Shown piece after piece: positions 40,976 to 52,093 of a DNA stretch of 64,000 nt; position 1 is the stretch's first letter, and each line of letters starts with the position of its first letter. The stretch is from Candidatus Bathyarchaeota archaeon. Its GTDB lineage: Archaea > Thermoproteota > Bathyarchaeia > Bathyarchaeales > Bathycorpusculaceae. The stretch covers positions 128,001 to 192,000 of the forward strand of contig CAWDYC010000004.1 in the NCBI GenBank assembly GCA_963806535.1. The letters run 5' to 3'. The position numbers and the translations under genes were made by a program. Under the pieces are notes generated by a model. That model did not search any database. It had not been told where the DNA came from and saw only the letters and a program-made list of their open reading frames with translations.

Positions 40976-41665
40976 ATGAACATCGACAATCTTATTTGGG
41001 CTTTAGTGGATGCTGTTTCGGCAGTGATTTGCTTCGTTCTTGTCTGGTTTATGACAAAGCCTTACCGCTTTACAGGAGAACGCAAATACATTGGTTTACC
41101 TTTTAGTTTCAGTTTTCTTGGTGCCTCATATGTTATAGGGCTAACTGGTTTCTTACAGTCAGGTGGTTTTGTTGATGTTTTGAGATGGGTTCAGCTATTC
41201 ACACAGTCGTACGCATTTGCATTTCTTGCAGTAACTTATTATTTCTCTAAAAAAGAAAAAGAGACAACTCTGTCTTGGTTTGCTGATTGCTTTTGCAGCT
41301 ATTCTCTCGCTCTGTGTCTCTTACACAGTAATTCTTGTTGCTCCATTGTATGATTTGCCGCATTTCCATACAGTAGATGATTACATGAGAATCTTCAATA
41401 TTGTTTGCTTATCGTACATTGCTATTCACACTTTGAGAAGCCACGCATCTAAGCCAGACGCTAAGACAATTTGGATTCCGCTTAGTTATCTTTTGTTTGA
41501 TTTCGGCCAATATTCTTTGTTGACTTTGGTCGCTTGACGGAAGTTTCACAGCGTTTGTTGGAGCACATTTTTTGAGATTAGTCTGCGTTGTTGGTTTTCC
41601 TATTTGTTGCGTATCAAACATTTTACTCTTCAAATGAATCGTACCCGAGAAAGGGAATTGAATGA
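40976..41665 (+). CDS. multi-TM membrane protein (frameshifted)
   Basis: Consecutive hydrophobic ORF fragments. Confidence 0.6.
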
Positions 41666-41941
41666 AAAAGATTCCTCGCAGAGATAAGTTGAAAATTTAC
41701 GGAGATCATTCTCTCCATTATTTACAACGAAGCGAGTTATGAAAAAATCGTTCTCAGTCGAATTCAGGTCAAAGCAAATGTTCCTTTTGACCGATTAAAA
41801 AGTTACATCTTTGAGCTCGAAGGTTTGGGTTTGATTCAACAAGAGCCCAGGCTACGGCTGACGGAAAAGGGCAGGCAATACTTGACGGAATATGAGAAAG
41901 TTCTTGAATTCATGAAACGAATGGGTTTGACTTATTTATGA
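41662..41941 (+). CDS. winged-helix regulator (frameshifted)
   Basis: R.DKLKIYGD...LSRIQVKANVPFDRLKSYI.EL..LGLI...LTEKGRQYL. Confidence 0.75.
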
Positions 41942-42016
41942 AGATTGACCGTTGCGATTTTTGAGAGATATAAAATTTATTAATTGATTGCTTCAAAACT
42001 TGTTTTAGGAAAGATT

Positions 42017-42385
42017 ATGGTAGCTAAGAAAAAGATTTAAAAATGTAGATGAATACATCGCTACTTTTCCCAAGAATGTCCAATTAATTTTAGAAGAAGT
42101 CAGACAAGCAATCAAGAGAGGCAGCACCTGAAGCGAAAGAAACTATTAGCTATCAAATGCCATGCATTCGAACAAAATGGTATTTTGGTGTGGTTTGCAG
42201 CATTCAAGAGATCATATCGGTTTTTTTCCTAAAGTTTCTGCTATTGAAGTCTTCAAAGAGAAATTGTCTTCCTATCAAACAAGCAAAGGTACAATCCAGT
42301 TTCCAATAAATCGAACCAATTCCACTTCGATTTGATAAAGGAAATTGTAAAGTTTAGAGTTAAGGAAAACACTCCTAAGAAGTGA
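42017..42385 (+). CDS. DUF1801/YdhG-like protein (several frameshifts)
   Basis: VDEYIATFP...APEAKETISYQMP...WFAAF..HIGFFP...SKGTIQFP. Confidence 0.78.
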
Positions 42386-42581
42386 TTAGCTCATTAAGAT
42401 GCGCTTTATCTTCGCAAGAGTAATAACATAACACTTATACCCACAAATAAGAAAACTTGTCAATCAAATCTATTACCTGCTTATTTCACAATTAGGGATT
42501 AAAATGATATAAGAAAGACCCATCCCTTAGAGATTATATTCCAAAATATAAATCGAAGTTTATCGGGAGCGCTAAAGAAAA

Positions 42582-43793
42582 ATGCAATATAGAACGGTTC
42601 CAAAAAATGGAGACAAATTATCTGTTTTAGGGTTTGGCACTATGCGTCTACCACAGAAGTCTCTAAAGATTGATGAAAATCGGGCAATAAGCCAGATACG
42701 CTATGCAATTGATAACGGCGTTAACTACGTAGATACTGCTTTTCCTTATCACGCTGGAGAAAGCGAAAAGTTAGTTGGAAAAGCGCTGCTGGACGGTTAC
42801 CGGGAAAAAGTGAAAGTTGCAACCAAATTATCGCACTTTATGATAAACAAACCTGAGGACATGGATAAATTTCTCAGTTTACAATTAGCTAAACTTCAAA
42901 CTGACCACATTGACTATTACTTGCTTCACTCGCTTGACGCAGAAGCATGGAATAAATTACAAAGCTTTAACGTTTTAAGTTTCCTTACGAAAGCAAAGGC
43001 AGAGGGAAAAATTGTCAATATGGGCTTCTCTTTTCACGGTTCACGCTCAACATTCAAAGAAATCATAGATTCAAACGACTGGACAATGTGCCAAATACAA
43101 TACAATTTTCTTGACGAAAACTTGCAGGCAGGAACTGAAGGTTTGCGTTATGCTGCTTCAAAGAGACTCGCAGTTATGGTGATGGAGCCACTTAGGGGTG
43201 GCGCATTAGCTGGTAAACTTCCCAAAGAAGTTAAACAAATTTATGATAACTCTCAAACTGGCAGGACGGCTGCAGAATGGGGTCTTCGCTGGGTGTGGAA
43301 TCATCCCGAAGTAACGGTTGTTCTTTCAGGGATGAACGATGAAAAACAAGTTCAGGAAAACATAGAAACAGCAGAAACAGCCCTTCCTTATTCGCTGAGT
43401 CAAAATGATCTTTCAGTCATAAGTAATGTGGCTGGTTGTTACAAACGCCTAATGAAAGTTCCTTGCACAGGCTGCGCTTACTGCATGCCATGTCCAAACG
43501 GAGTAAACATTCCCGCCAACTTCAACATGTACAACCAATACCACATGTTCGGAAACAAGATATACACAAGAGGATTTTACGCGGTAATGCTTATGGGAAT
43601 AATGCATGGCGAACCTGCTGATGCGTCACTTTGCAAGAACTGTGGCGTATGCGCTAAAAAATGTCCTCAACACATAGCAATTCCAGATGAGCTTAAAGCT
43701 GTAAAAGGTAGCTTAGGAGGGCTTCAAACAAAAATCATGCTTCCTATCATAAAACAGGCGGCGAAGCGGCAATTCAAGGCAAAACTTGAATAA
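42582..43793 (+). CDS. aldo/keto reductase with C-terminal 4Fe-4S domain
   Basis: LGFGTMRLP, DTAFPYH, MEPLRGG, CTGCAYCMPCP. Confidence 0.92.
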   Translation: MQYRTVPKNGDKLSVLGFGTMRLPQKSLKIDENRAISQIRYAIDNGVNYVDTAFPYHAGESEKLVGKALLDGYREKVKVATKLSHFMINKPEDMDKFLSLQLAKLQTDHIDYYLLHSLDAEAWNKLQSFNVLSFLTKAKAEGKIVNMGFSFHGSRSTFKEIIDSNDWTMCQIQYNFLDENLQAGTEGLRYAASKRLAVMVMEPLRGGALAGKLPKEVKQIYDNSQTGRTAAEWGLRWVWNHPEVTVVLSGMNDEKQVQENIETAETALPYSLSQNDLSVISNVAGCYKRLMKVPCTGCAYCMPCPNGVNIPANFNMYNQYHMFGNKIYTRGFYAVMLMGIMHGEPADASLCKNCGVCAKKCPQHIAIPDELKAVKGSLGGLQTKIMLPIIKQAAKRQFKAKLE

Positions 43794-43810
43794 AAAAATC
43801 AGGGCATTCC

Positions 43811-44872
43811 TTAAGATTTACATTTTGGCTGTTGTTGCGAAATACAGTGAATTGCACCAAACCCGCAAATCAAATCAACAGAATCCACGCCGACAACTTT
43901 TCTTTTCGGGAAAAGCTTTTTCAGAATAGACAACGCTACTTGTCATTTTTTGATCTAAAGGTCGGCACCAAAACTGTTTTGTTGCCTATGTAAAAGTTTG
44001 TGTAGCTTGCGGGAAGGCGTTTTTTGTCGCATTCAACATTTCCAGGCATCGGCAACTTGACAATTTTTAATTTTTTACCGTCTTGGTCGGTGGATTGGCA
44101 TAGTATTTCATAATTTTTTCTTAGCGCTTCTGCATTTTCGTCGTCGCCTTCATCATAAGCGCAGACAACAGTCGTTGGATTAACGAATCGTGCAAGGTCG
44201 TCAACGTGACCGTCTGTGTCATCTCCTACAATGCCACATCTTAACCAGATAATGTGAGTTACACCCAAATAATCTCGCAAGAATTTCTCGATTTTTTCTT
44301 TTCCAAGCTGAGCATTCCTGTTTTTGTTAAGTAGGCACTGCTCGGTTGTAAGCAAGGTTCCTTTTCCATTAACATCAATGGAGCCGCCTTCCAAAACTAT
44401 GCCTGGTTCAAAACAGTCCAAATGCATTGCTTTGTTTATTACCTGAGGAATCTGTGCATCTTTTAGCAGATTCTCATATTTTTCTCCCCAAGAATTAAAA
44501 ATCCAGCGTACCATCGCCAATTTTTGCTCTCTGTTCATAACAAATATGGGACCATAATCTCGGAACCAAACATCAGCATAATCAAATTCGAAAAAACGTA
44601 TTTTATTTAAATCAATGTTTCTTTTCTTAAACAGAACCTGTTATTTTTTGCTTCATGTCTGCATCTTTGACGAAAAGGTTAACGTATTCATCTTTGTGGA
44701 TTAATTCTATAATTTGAAGAAAAGTTTCTTCGACTTTTTCGACGCCTGTTGTGAAAGTTGTGGGGTCATGTGGCCACGCTAACCAGATGGCTTCATGCTT
44801 ACTCCATTCAGGTGGCATGCAGTATCCTAGTTCACGGGGGGTTTTGCCTGAAAAACAATCAACATTCGTCAT
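43811..44872 (-). CDS. aguA: agmatine deiminase (frameshifted)
   Basis: MPPEW..H...[33 protein letters not shown]. Confidence 0.92.
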
Positions 44873-44880
44873 TGGATGCC

Positions 44881-45777
44881 TCAGGTACAACCTTCAATTA
44901 ACGAATTATAGGTGTCTGGTCGCCGATTCTTTAGAAAACCCCATCCTTCTTGGATTTGTTTGTTTTTGCTAAGATCTACCTTAACAACCAGTACTTCTTC
45001 CTTTGTGTAGCTTGCCTCTCCAAGCACTTTTCCAAATGAGTCACAAACAAATGAGCCGCCCCAAAACTCTCAGTTGCCCCTCCTGCACCCACTCGGTTCA
45101 CAGCAGCTACATGGACTCCGTTTGTTATGGCGTGGGCACGCTGCACTGTTTTCCAAGCATCATGCCAGTCGCCGTCAGATGAATTTTGACCTTTGATGTA
45201 GCCAATTGCAGTTGGGTAAAAAATAATTTCTGCGCCTTTAAGCGCGTTGATTCTGGCGGCTTCAGGAAACCATTGGTCATAACAGATTAGCACTCCTATG
45301 TTAGCGTATTTGGTTTTGTGAACTAGGTAGCCTTGGTCGCCTTCTTCGAAATAGTTTTTTTCATAGAAAAACGGGTCTTGAGGAATGTGCATTTTGCGGT
45401 AGCTGCCTGAGATTTTTCCGTTTGCATCAATTACGACGGCTGTGTTGTAGTATTTTCTGTTTGGAGCTTTTCTCAAATAATGGTGCAATTATTACTATTT
45501 TTTCCTCTTTTGCCAGTTCCGAGAAAGCTTTTGTGGATTCTCCAGGAATGGTCTCAGCTAACTTGCTAACATCCTGTTTTTCTTCTTGAGGAAAATACTT
45601 GGTTCTATACAGTTCTTGAAGACAAACAATTTGAGCACCTTTTGTCGCGGCTTCTTTGATTTTTTCTAATGTTTTTTTCATGTTGTCGGCTATGTCGTCT
45701 GAAACTTTCGTTTGGACAAGTCCAATGTTCACGATTTTTTTTTCGAAGTGGTTTGAATTGCTGTCGCTTGACGTCAT
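44881..45777 (-). CDS. aguB: N-carbamoylputrescine amidase (carbon-nitrogen hydrolase; frameshifted)
   Basis: CLQEL, YRKMHIP.DP.FYEK.YF, ICYDQWFPE, YPTAIG; adjacent to aguA. Confidence 0.88.
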
Positions 45778-45861
45778 TATCTTTCCTTAATCGGAATTAT
45801 GTAAGATCTAGTCGTAAGAACTTTTCTGAGTCAAAATATGAAAAAGCTTTTGAAATACCAT

Positions 45862-46254
45862 TCAGGTGCTTGAATTGATGCCTAAATGACTGTTTAGGTT
45901 TGAATCAAAATTGTCAATTAACGTTTGGAGGCTGTCAGTGATTTCTTTGGCTTTATGCCTTGCCTGCTCCTTTATCCTTTCTGGATCAACAATGCTGTAA
46001 ACGTGGTAGTATCCCCCGCCTTTGAGTCCTTTAGATTGTTTGTGAATTAATCCTGCGCTAAGGAGTTTTGCAAGGCATCGATGTGTTGAGCTTCGATCTC
46101 TATCAACGGCAGCTGCGATTTGGTCAAGTGTTGCAATTTCTTTTTTTGCTACTTCAGCGAATACTTGAAGGTCTATTGGCTTTAGGTTGTATAGGCAAGT
46201 AAGCAGGTCTGAGCATGTGGCTTCTTTTCTTGTCAGGAAGTGAATGCTGTCCAT
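45862..46254 (-). CDS. TrmB-like HTH regulator
   Basis: C..LL.C.YNL...D; RDRSSTHRCL; GGYYHVY. Confidence 0.8.
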   Translation of the reverse strand: MDSIHFLTRKEATCSDLLTCLYNLKPIDLQVFAEVAKKEIATLDQIAAAVDRDRSSTHRCLAKLLSAGLIHKQSKGLKGGGYYHVYSIVDPERIKEQARHKAKEITDSLQTLIDNFDSNLNSHLGINSST

Positions 46255-46347
46255 GACCGTGATTAATACTGTTTCTAAAATATAAGTATTGTGAGGTATT
46301 GACAATACAGCAACATATTAATAACATTCCAATCATATAAATGAGCT

Positions 46348-46482
46348 ATGCAAACAAAAGAAAATTTTGCGCCAAACCTTGAATGCCCTTACGGCGTCCC
46401 TGAAGCAGAATGCTGCGGTAATATGTCATGCAAAACCTTAATCGCAAGAATTAAGGCAAAAGCAGAGACAAACAAACGGTAA
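46348..46482 (+). CDS. 44-aa Cys-rich micro-protein
   Basis: MQTKENFAPNLECPYGVPEAECCGNMSCKTLIARIKAKAETNKR. Confidence 0.5.
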   Translation: MQTKENFAPNLECPYGVPEAECCGNMSCKTLIARIKAKAETNKR

Positions 46483-46585
46483 TTTACCGCGAATTTATCT
46501 CTCTGAAAGGGGCAAAACTGATTGACCGCTAACGAAGAAAAAATAGACCTCTACCAAATCGCTGCTCTTAGCGGGTAACCTGCTT

Positions 46586-46975
46586 GTGGCTATCTGGATC
46601 GCTTTAGGCGCGATTTCGTGTTGGTTAGTTAATTCTCTGTTTGGATGGCTGTTTCTCGCGTTTTCATCTTTCTCAATTTTGATCATTTTGCGTAGACAGC
46701 TATGTAGCTCATGTTATTACTGTAAATCCTGCACGAAAGGTTTTGCCAAAATGTCAATGTTATTTCAAGGTGTTAATCATATTCCTGGAATAGGCAAGGG
46801 CTCACTGTTAGGAATGGCTACGTTTACCTATATTGTCCTGACAGTTGTCCCGGGAGCATTGCTTGCTAATTCATTGTTTACGGACTTCAGTGTCGTTAAG
46901 CTTTTAGTGCTATCTTGCCTTCTTGCTGTTTCAACCTATGCAATACTAATGAGAATAAAAAATCTGTCACATTAA
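46586..46975 (+). CDS. membrane protein with CSSCYYCKSC motif
   Basis: ORF track; start uncertain. Confidence 0.65.
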   Translation: MAIWIALGAISCWLVNSLFGWLFLAFSSFSILIILRRQLCSSCYYCKSCTKGFAKMSMLFQGVNHIPGIGKGSLLGMATFTYIVLTVVPGALLANSLFTDFSVVKLLVLSCLLAVSTYAILMRIKNLSH

Positions 46976-47002
46976 ATATCTCTAAAAAAACTTGAAGGCC
47001 AA

Positions 47003-47197
47003 ATGTACAAAGCCTTTATCGACCCAAATAAGTGCCTACGGTGTATTAAATTCAAAGCGGCAAGAGCTTGTCCAATTAGAGCCATTTTCCGCTTTGACTT
47101 TCAGGACCCTAATTCTGTGGAACCGAAAATTTGCCATGGGTGCGGGGATTGCGTAGAAAAATGCATTGGTAACTTTATAATGATTAAAACAAGTTAG
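47003..47197 (+). CDS. small ferredoxin-like protein
   Basis: CLRC...ACP and CHGCGDCVEKC. Confidence 0.7.
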   Translation: MYKAFIDPNKCLRCIKFKAARACPIRAIFRFDFQDPNSVEPKICHGCGDCVEKCIGNFIMIKTS

Positions 47198-47270
47198 CTT
47201 TAACGATTCGATTTTTTTGTGTAAAAAGTTTCATAAGCTGACGTTATTATAAAGTATCAGCGTGGTCTGG

Positions 47271-47726
47271 ATGGCGTCCGAAAGCTTTGATGACTTGGAT
47301 AAGAATATACTCAAATCGTTACAATTTAATTGCAGGCAGTCTTTTGCAGAGCTGGGTCGTGAACTCGATGTGGCAGAAGCCACGGTTAGATTTAGAGTTA
47401 GCCGACTTGTGAATGATGGTGTCATTACGAGGTTTGCCGCTTTGGTAAATCCAGCTAAAGTGGGGATGAAAGTGAGCGGTGCAATCTTGCTTAAAATTGA
47501 TCCAGCTTATTTGGAGGAAGCTTGCAAGCAACTTGTCTCTTTTAATGAAACCCTGTATCTTTTTCAAAGTACAGGTGAATACGATGTTGTTTCGGTAATA
47601 GTCGCCAGAGATATGGATCACTTAAATAACTTGGTTAAAAATACCAAGATGATTCCTGGGGTAAAGGATGCGAGGGTTTCAGTGACGACGAGGTTTTTGA
47701 AGTTCGACCCAAACATCACGTTGTAG
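47271..47726 (+). CDS. Lrp/AsnC transcriptional regulator
   Basis: DDLDKNIL..LQ.N.R.SFAELGREL.VAEATVRFRV; TGEYD. Confidence 0.92.
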   Translation: MASESFDDLDKNILKSLQFNCRQSFAELGRELDVAEATVRFRVSRLVNDGVITRFAALVNPAKVGMKVSGAILLKIDPAYLEEACKQLVSFNETLYLFQSTGEYDVVSVIVARDMDHLNNLVKNTKMIPGVKDARVSVTTRFLKFDPNITL

Positions 47727-47888
47727 TTGCCTACATTGGTTTTGAAATTATCTGTTCTTTTATGTTGCGGAATTAGCAACAATTATTCTTTTAACATTAG
47801 TTTTCCGCAAGATTAATACATAAAGAAACATCAATATGGAGAGTTAAACCGCTAAATCCTCAGAATTAAACAATCATTTAAACTTAAG

Positions 47889-48413
47889 GTGATATTGATG
47901 ACGGAGAAATCAAGTCAGAATAAAAATGATGAAAAGAGAACTTTTGAAGTAATTTTAGATCAAACCGACCGAAAAATAATGCAACAGACTCAAGATGATT
48001 TCCCGCTTGAACAAGAACCATGGCTCGAAATAAGCAACCGGCTCAAAATTTCAGAGGGCGAAGTGATGACGCGTATAAAACGGCTAATTGAAGTTGGTGC
48101 TATTGCAAAAATTGGTCCAATATTTGATTCTTCAAAAATCGGTTTAAAAGCTGCTACTTTAATAGCGATGAGAGTGCCGAGAAGCCAAGTTGAAGATATC
48201 GCTCTTGCTATAAACCAATACGATAATGTTTCCCACAATTATGAACGAGATGGTGAATTCAATATTTGGTTTACTCTTGCGGCTTCGAGCAGTGACGAAT
48301 TGGCGAAAATACTAAGTGAAATCAAACAAAAGACAGGCGTTAAGGAGCATGACATACTTGATTTGCCTACCGTTAATCGCTTCAAGATAAACTTGCGTTT
48401 TCAGCTAACATAA
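47889..48413 (+). CDS. ahbA: siroheme decarboxylase alpha subunit
   Basis: QDDFPL...P, VSHNYER...FNIWFT. Confidence 0.88.
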   Translation: MILMTEKSSQNKNDEKRTFEVILDQTDRKIMQQTQDDFPLEQEPWLEISNRLKISEGEVMTRIKRLIEVGAIAKIGPIFDSSKIGLKAATLIAMRVPRSQVEDIALAINQYDNVSHNYERDGEFNIWFTLAASSSDELAKILSEIKQKTGVKEHDILDLPTVNRFKINLRFQLT

Positions 48414-48433
48414 TACTGTTTTGGTGACCTATC

Positions 48434-48967
48434 ATGGATGAAATTAACCGAAAACTCTTAGCTCGAATAGAAAAAGGAATTGCCATCACCCCAGAACCAT
48501 TCAAAGAAATTGCCCGTGAGCTAGGGATTTCACAGAGAGAAGTCCTCAAGCGATTGACTTTGCTTAAGGAGGACGGTGTCATTCGGAAGTTTGGCGCTTC
48601 AATAAAGCCTAACATTGTGGGTTTTTCGGCAAATGCTCTGGTAGCTTGGAAAGTGCCTGAAAAACGTATTCAAGAAGTTGGAACTCACTTGTCAAAGTTA
48701 TCAGATATTTCGCATTGTTATGAGCGCAAACCAGTACGGGGAAGGTGGGAATTCAATCTTTACACAGTTATGCATGCGCGAGAACGGATTGGTATTGAGC
48801 GAATAGTTAATCAGATTTCTGTTGAGATGGAGTTGAATGAGTACAAAATACTTTATAGCACAAGAGATCTTAAACGAACCAAGTTTTGGAATATCCGCGT
48901 AGATGGGATGCAATCAAAAACTTCACTTATGGCACCTGAAAACCGGCAGGAGATAGATCAAATCTGA
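48434..48967 (+). CDS. ahbB: siroheme decarboxylase beta subunit
   Basis: GFSANALVAW, ISHCYER...W.FNLYTVMH, LYSTR.LKRT. Confidence 0.88.
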   Translation: MDEINRKLLARIEKGIAITPEPFKEIARELGISQREVLKRLTLLKEDGVIRKFGASIKPNIVGFSANALVAWKVPEKRIQEVGTHLSKLSDISHCYERKPVRGRWEFNLYTVMHARERIGIERIVNQISVEMELNEYKILYSTRDLKRTKFWNIRVDGMQSKTSLMAPENRQEIDQI

Positions 48968-50112
48968 TTAACATTTCCAAGCTTTGGTGCGGAATCCCAG
49001 GTTCAATGGATCAGTTACGGTATAGTTGCGAAACTCATCAAAGGCCGGTCGTAGTTTGGAACACGACACAACGTTGTAATCTCCATTGTGTGCACTGCTA
49101 TTCGAAATCTGAGAACCAGTTATACCCAAACGAGCTAACGACAGAAGAAGCCAAAGCTTTTGTAAAAGACTTATCAGAATTCAAAGTTCCCGTTCTTTTA
49201 TTTTCTGGTGGAGAACCACTGCTCAGACATGATCTCTTCGAAGTTGCACGTTACGCAACTGAAGCCGGCATACGCGCAGTTTTATCAACCAATGGCACAC
49301 TCATAACAGAAGCAAAAGCCAACCAACTGAAAACTGCCGGCTTCTCCTACGTAGGTGTAAGTTTAGATGGAATAGGCGAAACCAACAATAATTTCAGAGG
49401 CAAACCAGAAGCCTTCGAAATGGCAGTTGCAGGAATTAGAAACTGCATTAAAGCCGGAGTTAAGACAGGCTTGCGCTTCACTGTTACCAAATATAATATA
49501 AAAGATGTACCCGAAATCTTTGATTTCATAGAGAACCAAGGAATCCCTCGAGTCTGCTTCTACCACTTAGCGTATGCGGGGCGGGGAACGGCAATCACAA
49601 ACGACGACCTTACGCATGAAGAAACAAGAGCTTTTATGGACTTCATTTTAGAGAAGACGGAAAGTTTCCATAACAAAAATCTTAAAACTGAAATCTTAAC
49701 AGTGGACAATCATGCTGATGCCGCTTACCTCTATCTTAAACTGAAAGAAAAAGAACCAAAAAAAGCCGAAGCTGTCCTTAAGCTTCTTAAATTAAACGGG
49801 GGGAATAGCTCAGGTTCTGGTATTGCGTGCGTTGACTTTAAAGGCAACGTTCATCCAGACCAATTCTGGCAACATTATTCTCTTGGCAATGTACGGACTC
49901 GTAGATTCAGCCAAATATGGAGTGATAATTCCCAACCGATGCTTCAAGTTCTTAGGAACAGAAAAATCCATCTTCAAGGGAAATGTGCAGAATGCCGATT
50001 TCTCGACATTTGCAATGGCAATCTCAGGGTACGAGCCGAAGCACTTTATGACAATATGTGGGCAAATGACCCTGCCTGCTACTTAGCATATGAAGAAATT
50101 AAAATCAGTTAA
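48964..50112 (+). CDS. ahbC: Fe-coproporphyrin III synthase, radical SAM (probable CTG start)
   Basis: PVVVWNTTQRCNLHCVHCY, FYHL.Y.GRG, LTVDNHAD, VHPDQFW, DPACYL. Confidence 0.88.
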   Translation: MINISKLWCGIPGSMDQLRYSCETHQRPVVVWNTTQRCNLHCVHCYSKSENQLYPNELTTEEAKAFVKDLSEFKVPVLLFSGGEPLLRHDLFEVARYATEAGIRAVLSTNGTLITEAKANQLKTAGFSYVGVSLDGIGETNNNFRGKPEAFEMAVAGIRNCIKAGVKTGLRFTVTKYNIKDVPEIFDFIENQGIPRVCFYHLAYAGRGTAITNDDLTHEETRAFMDFILEKTESFHNKNLKTEILTVDNHADAAYLYLKLKEKEPKKAEAVLKLLKLNGGNSSGSGIACVDFKGNVHPDQFWQHYSLGNVRTRRFSQIWSDNSQPMLQVLRNRKIHLQGKCAECRFLDICNGNLRVRAEALYDNMWANDPACYLAYEEIKIS

Positions 50113-50123
50113 AAGGCATCCGT

Positions 50124-51188
50124 ATGATCAAGACTTACAAACCGTATCATTCGCAAATACAAGAAATTGCTCCAAGAGTGATAGCTTGGGAATCTACTCG
50201 TGCCTGCGATTTCGCTTGTGTTCATTGCCGAGCTAAAGCTCAAAAAGAGCCTGATCCAAGACAGCTCACAACCCAAGAAGTCTTCAATTTGGTCGATCAA
50301 ATTGCTGCATTTTGTAAGCCTGTTTTAATCATAAGTGGCGGTGACCCATTACAAAGATTAGACATCTTTGAAATCGCCTCTTACGCTTCAAGCCAAGGTC
50401 TAAGAGTGGTTATGTCTCCGAGCGGCAGCAAGCTGACAACGGAAACTTTTGAGAAACTGAAGGGCGCAGGAGTAAAGATGATTTCGCTTAGCCTCGATGG
50501 TTCCAACCCAGTGGTGCATGACAATTTTAGGCAGGTGTCTGGAGCTTTCAATTTAGCTATGAAAAACATGACGTTGGCTAATCAAAGTCTATTTCCTTTC
50601 CGAATCAATACAACTGTCACCAAACATAACATAGCTGATCTTTTTAACATTCAAAAATTGGCAATAGACATGGGCGCATGTGAATGGGACGTTTTCATGT
50701 TGGTCCCGACTGGCCGCGGCAAAGTAACTATGGAAATAACACCAGACCAATATGAGATGGCTCTCAAAGACATCTATAATGCAAGCCTAAAATCCCCGAT
50801 TCCGATTAAAATGACCTGCGCGCCCCAATACATGAGAATCATCGCTCAGCAACAAAACAAATCCTCTAGCACTGCTCACGTTAAGCAGAATTCGGGCGGT
50901 AGAGGATGCATGGCTGGCAACGGTTTCTGTTTTATCTCCCACATTGGCGAGGTCTTTGGCTGTGGCTTTCTTCCACTTCCAGCCGGCGATATTCGGAAAC
51001 AAAAATTCAAAGAAATCTATCAGCAATCTCACATGTTTGTCGAATTGCGAAATCACGCTTTGTTGAAAGGAAAATGTGGCAGATGTGAGTACAAAATGTT
51101 GTGTGTAGGTTGCCGTGCACGAGCGTTTTCAGTCAATAAAGACTATTTGGAAGAAGAACCATACTGCCAACATCAGCCTGAAAAATAA
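50124..51188 (+). CDS. ahbD: AdoMet-dependent heme synthase, radical SAM
   Basis: WESTRACDFACVHCRA, FMLVPTGRG, TCAPQY, GCMAG.GFCFISH. Confidence 0.88.
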   Translation: MIKTYKPYHSQIQEIAPRVIAWESTRACDFACVHCRAKAQKEPDPRQLTTQEVFNLVDQIAAFCKPVLIISGGDPLQRLDIFEIASYASSQGLRVVMSPSGSKLTTETFEKLKGAGVKMISLSLDGSNPVVHDNFRQVSGAFNLAMKNMTLANQSLFPFRINTTVTKHNIADLFNIQKLAIDMGACEWDVFMLVPTGRGKVTMEITPDQYEMALKDIYNASLKSPIPIKMTCAPQYMRIIAQQQNKSSSTAHVKQNSGGRGCMAGNGFCFISHIGEVFGCGFLPLPAGDIRKQKFKEIYQQSHMFVELRNHALLKGKCGRCEYKMLCVGCRARAFSVNKDYLEEEPYCQHQPEK

Positions 51189-51233
51189 GATTTGCAATTA
51201 AATTCTGCAAATGTGTTTAGCTCTTAATTCTTA

Positions 51234-51906
51234 TCAAGGACTAGGGGTTTCTGCAATTATTGCGTTGTCCACTTCGGAAGCGATAAGAGCTGCGCCATCG
51301 GTGTTTGGATGGACGCCATCCATGAAATAGTCCGTGTGATTACCAAAAGCATTGTAGACATCAACTGTCGGCAAATTAAGATTATTTGCTACATTGTCAA
51401 TCTGTGGAATTACATTGTCGGCAAGATATGTGCTGTTATAGTTTGGGTTGTCAGTGAACATTGGTGGTGAATCCACAGCAAAGATTTGTGGGTTGCTGTC
51501 TAAGATTTTCGAAAGATGAAACAAGTTGGCTATAATCTGCTTCAAAAGTTTCGTTAGATTCATTTACGTCTGTGCGGGCATCGTTGGTTCCCAGCATAAT
51601 GACAACATAGTTTGGGTCGAATTGCTCGGCTTTTTGGAATGCAGTCTGATTCATGTATGGACTTGTAGAATTAAGTGACACAGTGGTACCGGGGACTCCA
51701 AAATTTCCCACTAAATAGTTTGTTCCAAGGAGCAGTTGTAGTTTAGCTGGGTACCCGCTTCCCTGAGTGATGCTGTCGCCTACACATGCCACACGAATTG
51801 GAGCATCTAAGGGTGTCATTTGTCGTATATTCATTATTTGAAAAGTGGCCATGTATGATGCCATTATCATCATTATAGCTCCAATTGCCAGTATTTTCTT
51901 ATTCAT
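51234..51906 (-). CDS. GDSL/SGNH hydrolase (frameshifted)
   Basis: VGDSIT, MLGTND, DGVHP. Confidence 0.88.
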
Positions 51907-52093
51907 GCGTTTTCAGTTCAACCGAAACAGTTCTCAGCATCAAATAAAACATTGAAATTTCGTTGTTTTATTTTTCCAATGTATCATCTGTGCGTAAGAT
52001 TAAAAATATAGGTTTAGCAAACAGGTAAATATGTTTGACGGTTCTAAAATCGGTCTTTTATGAATGCTTTCAATATTTTTGAAATTTCAAAAT

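Noticed and set aside
43811-45777. aguA/aguB with argF and dys as a novel polyamine system
   Set aside because: Known pathway genes and not clustered together
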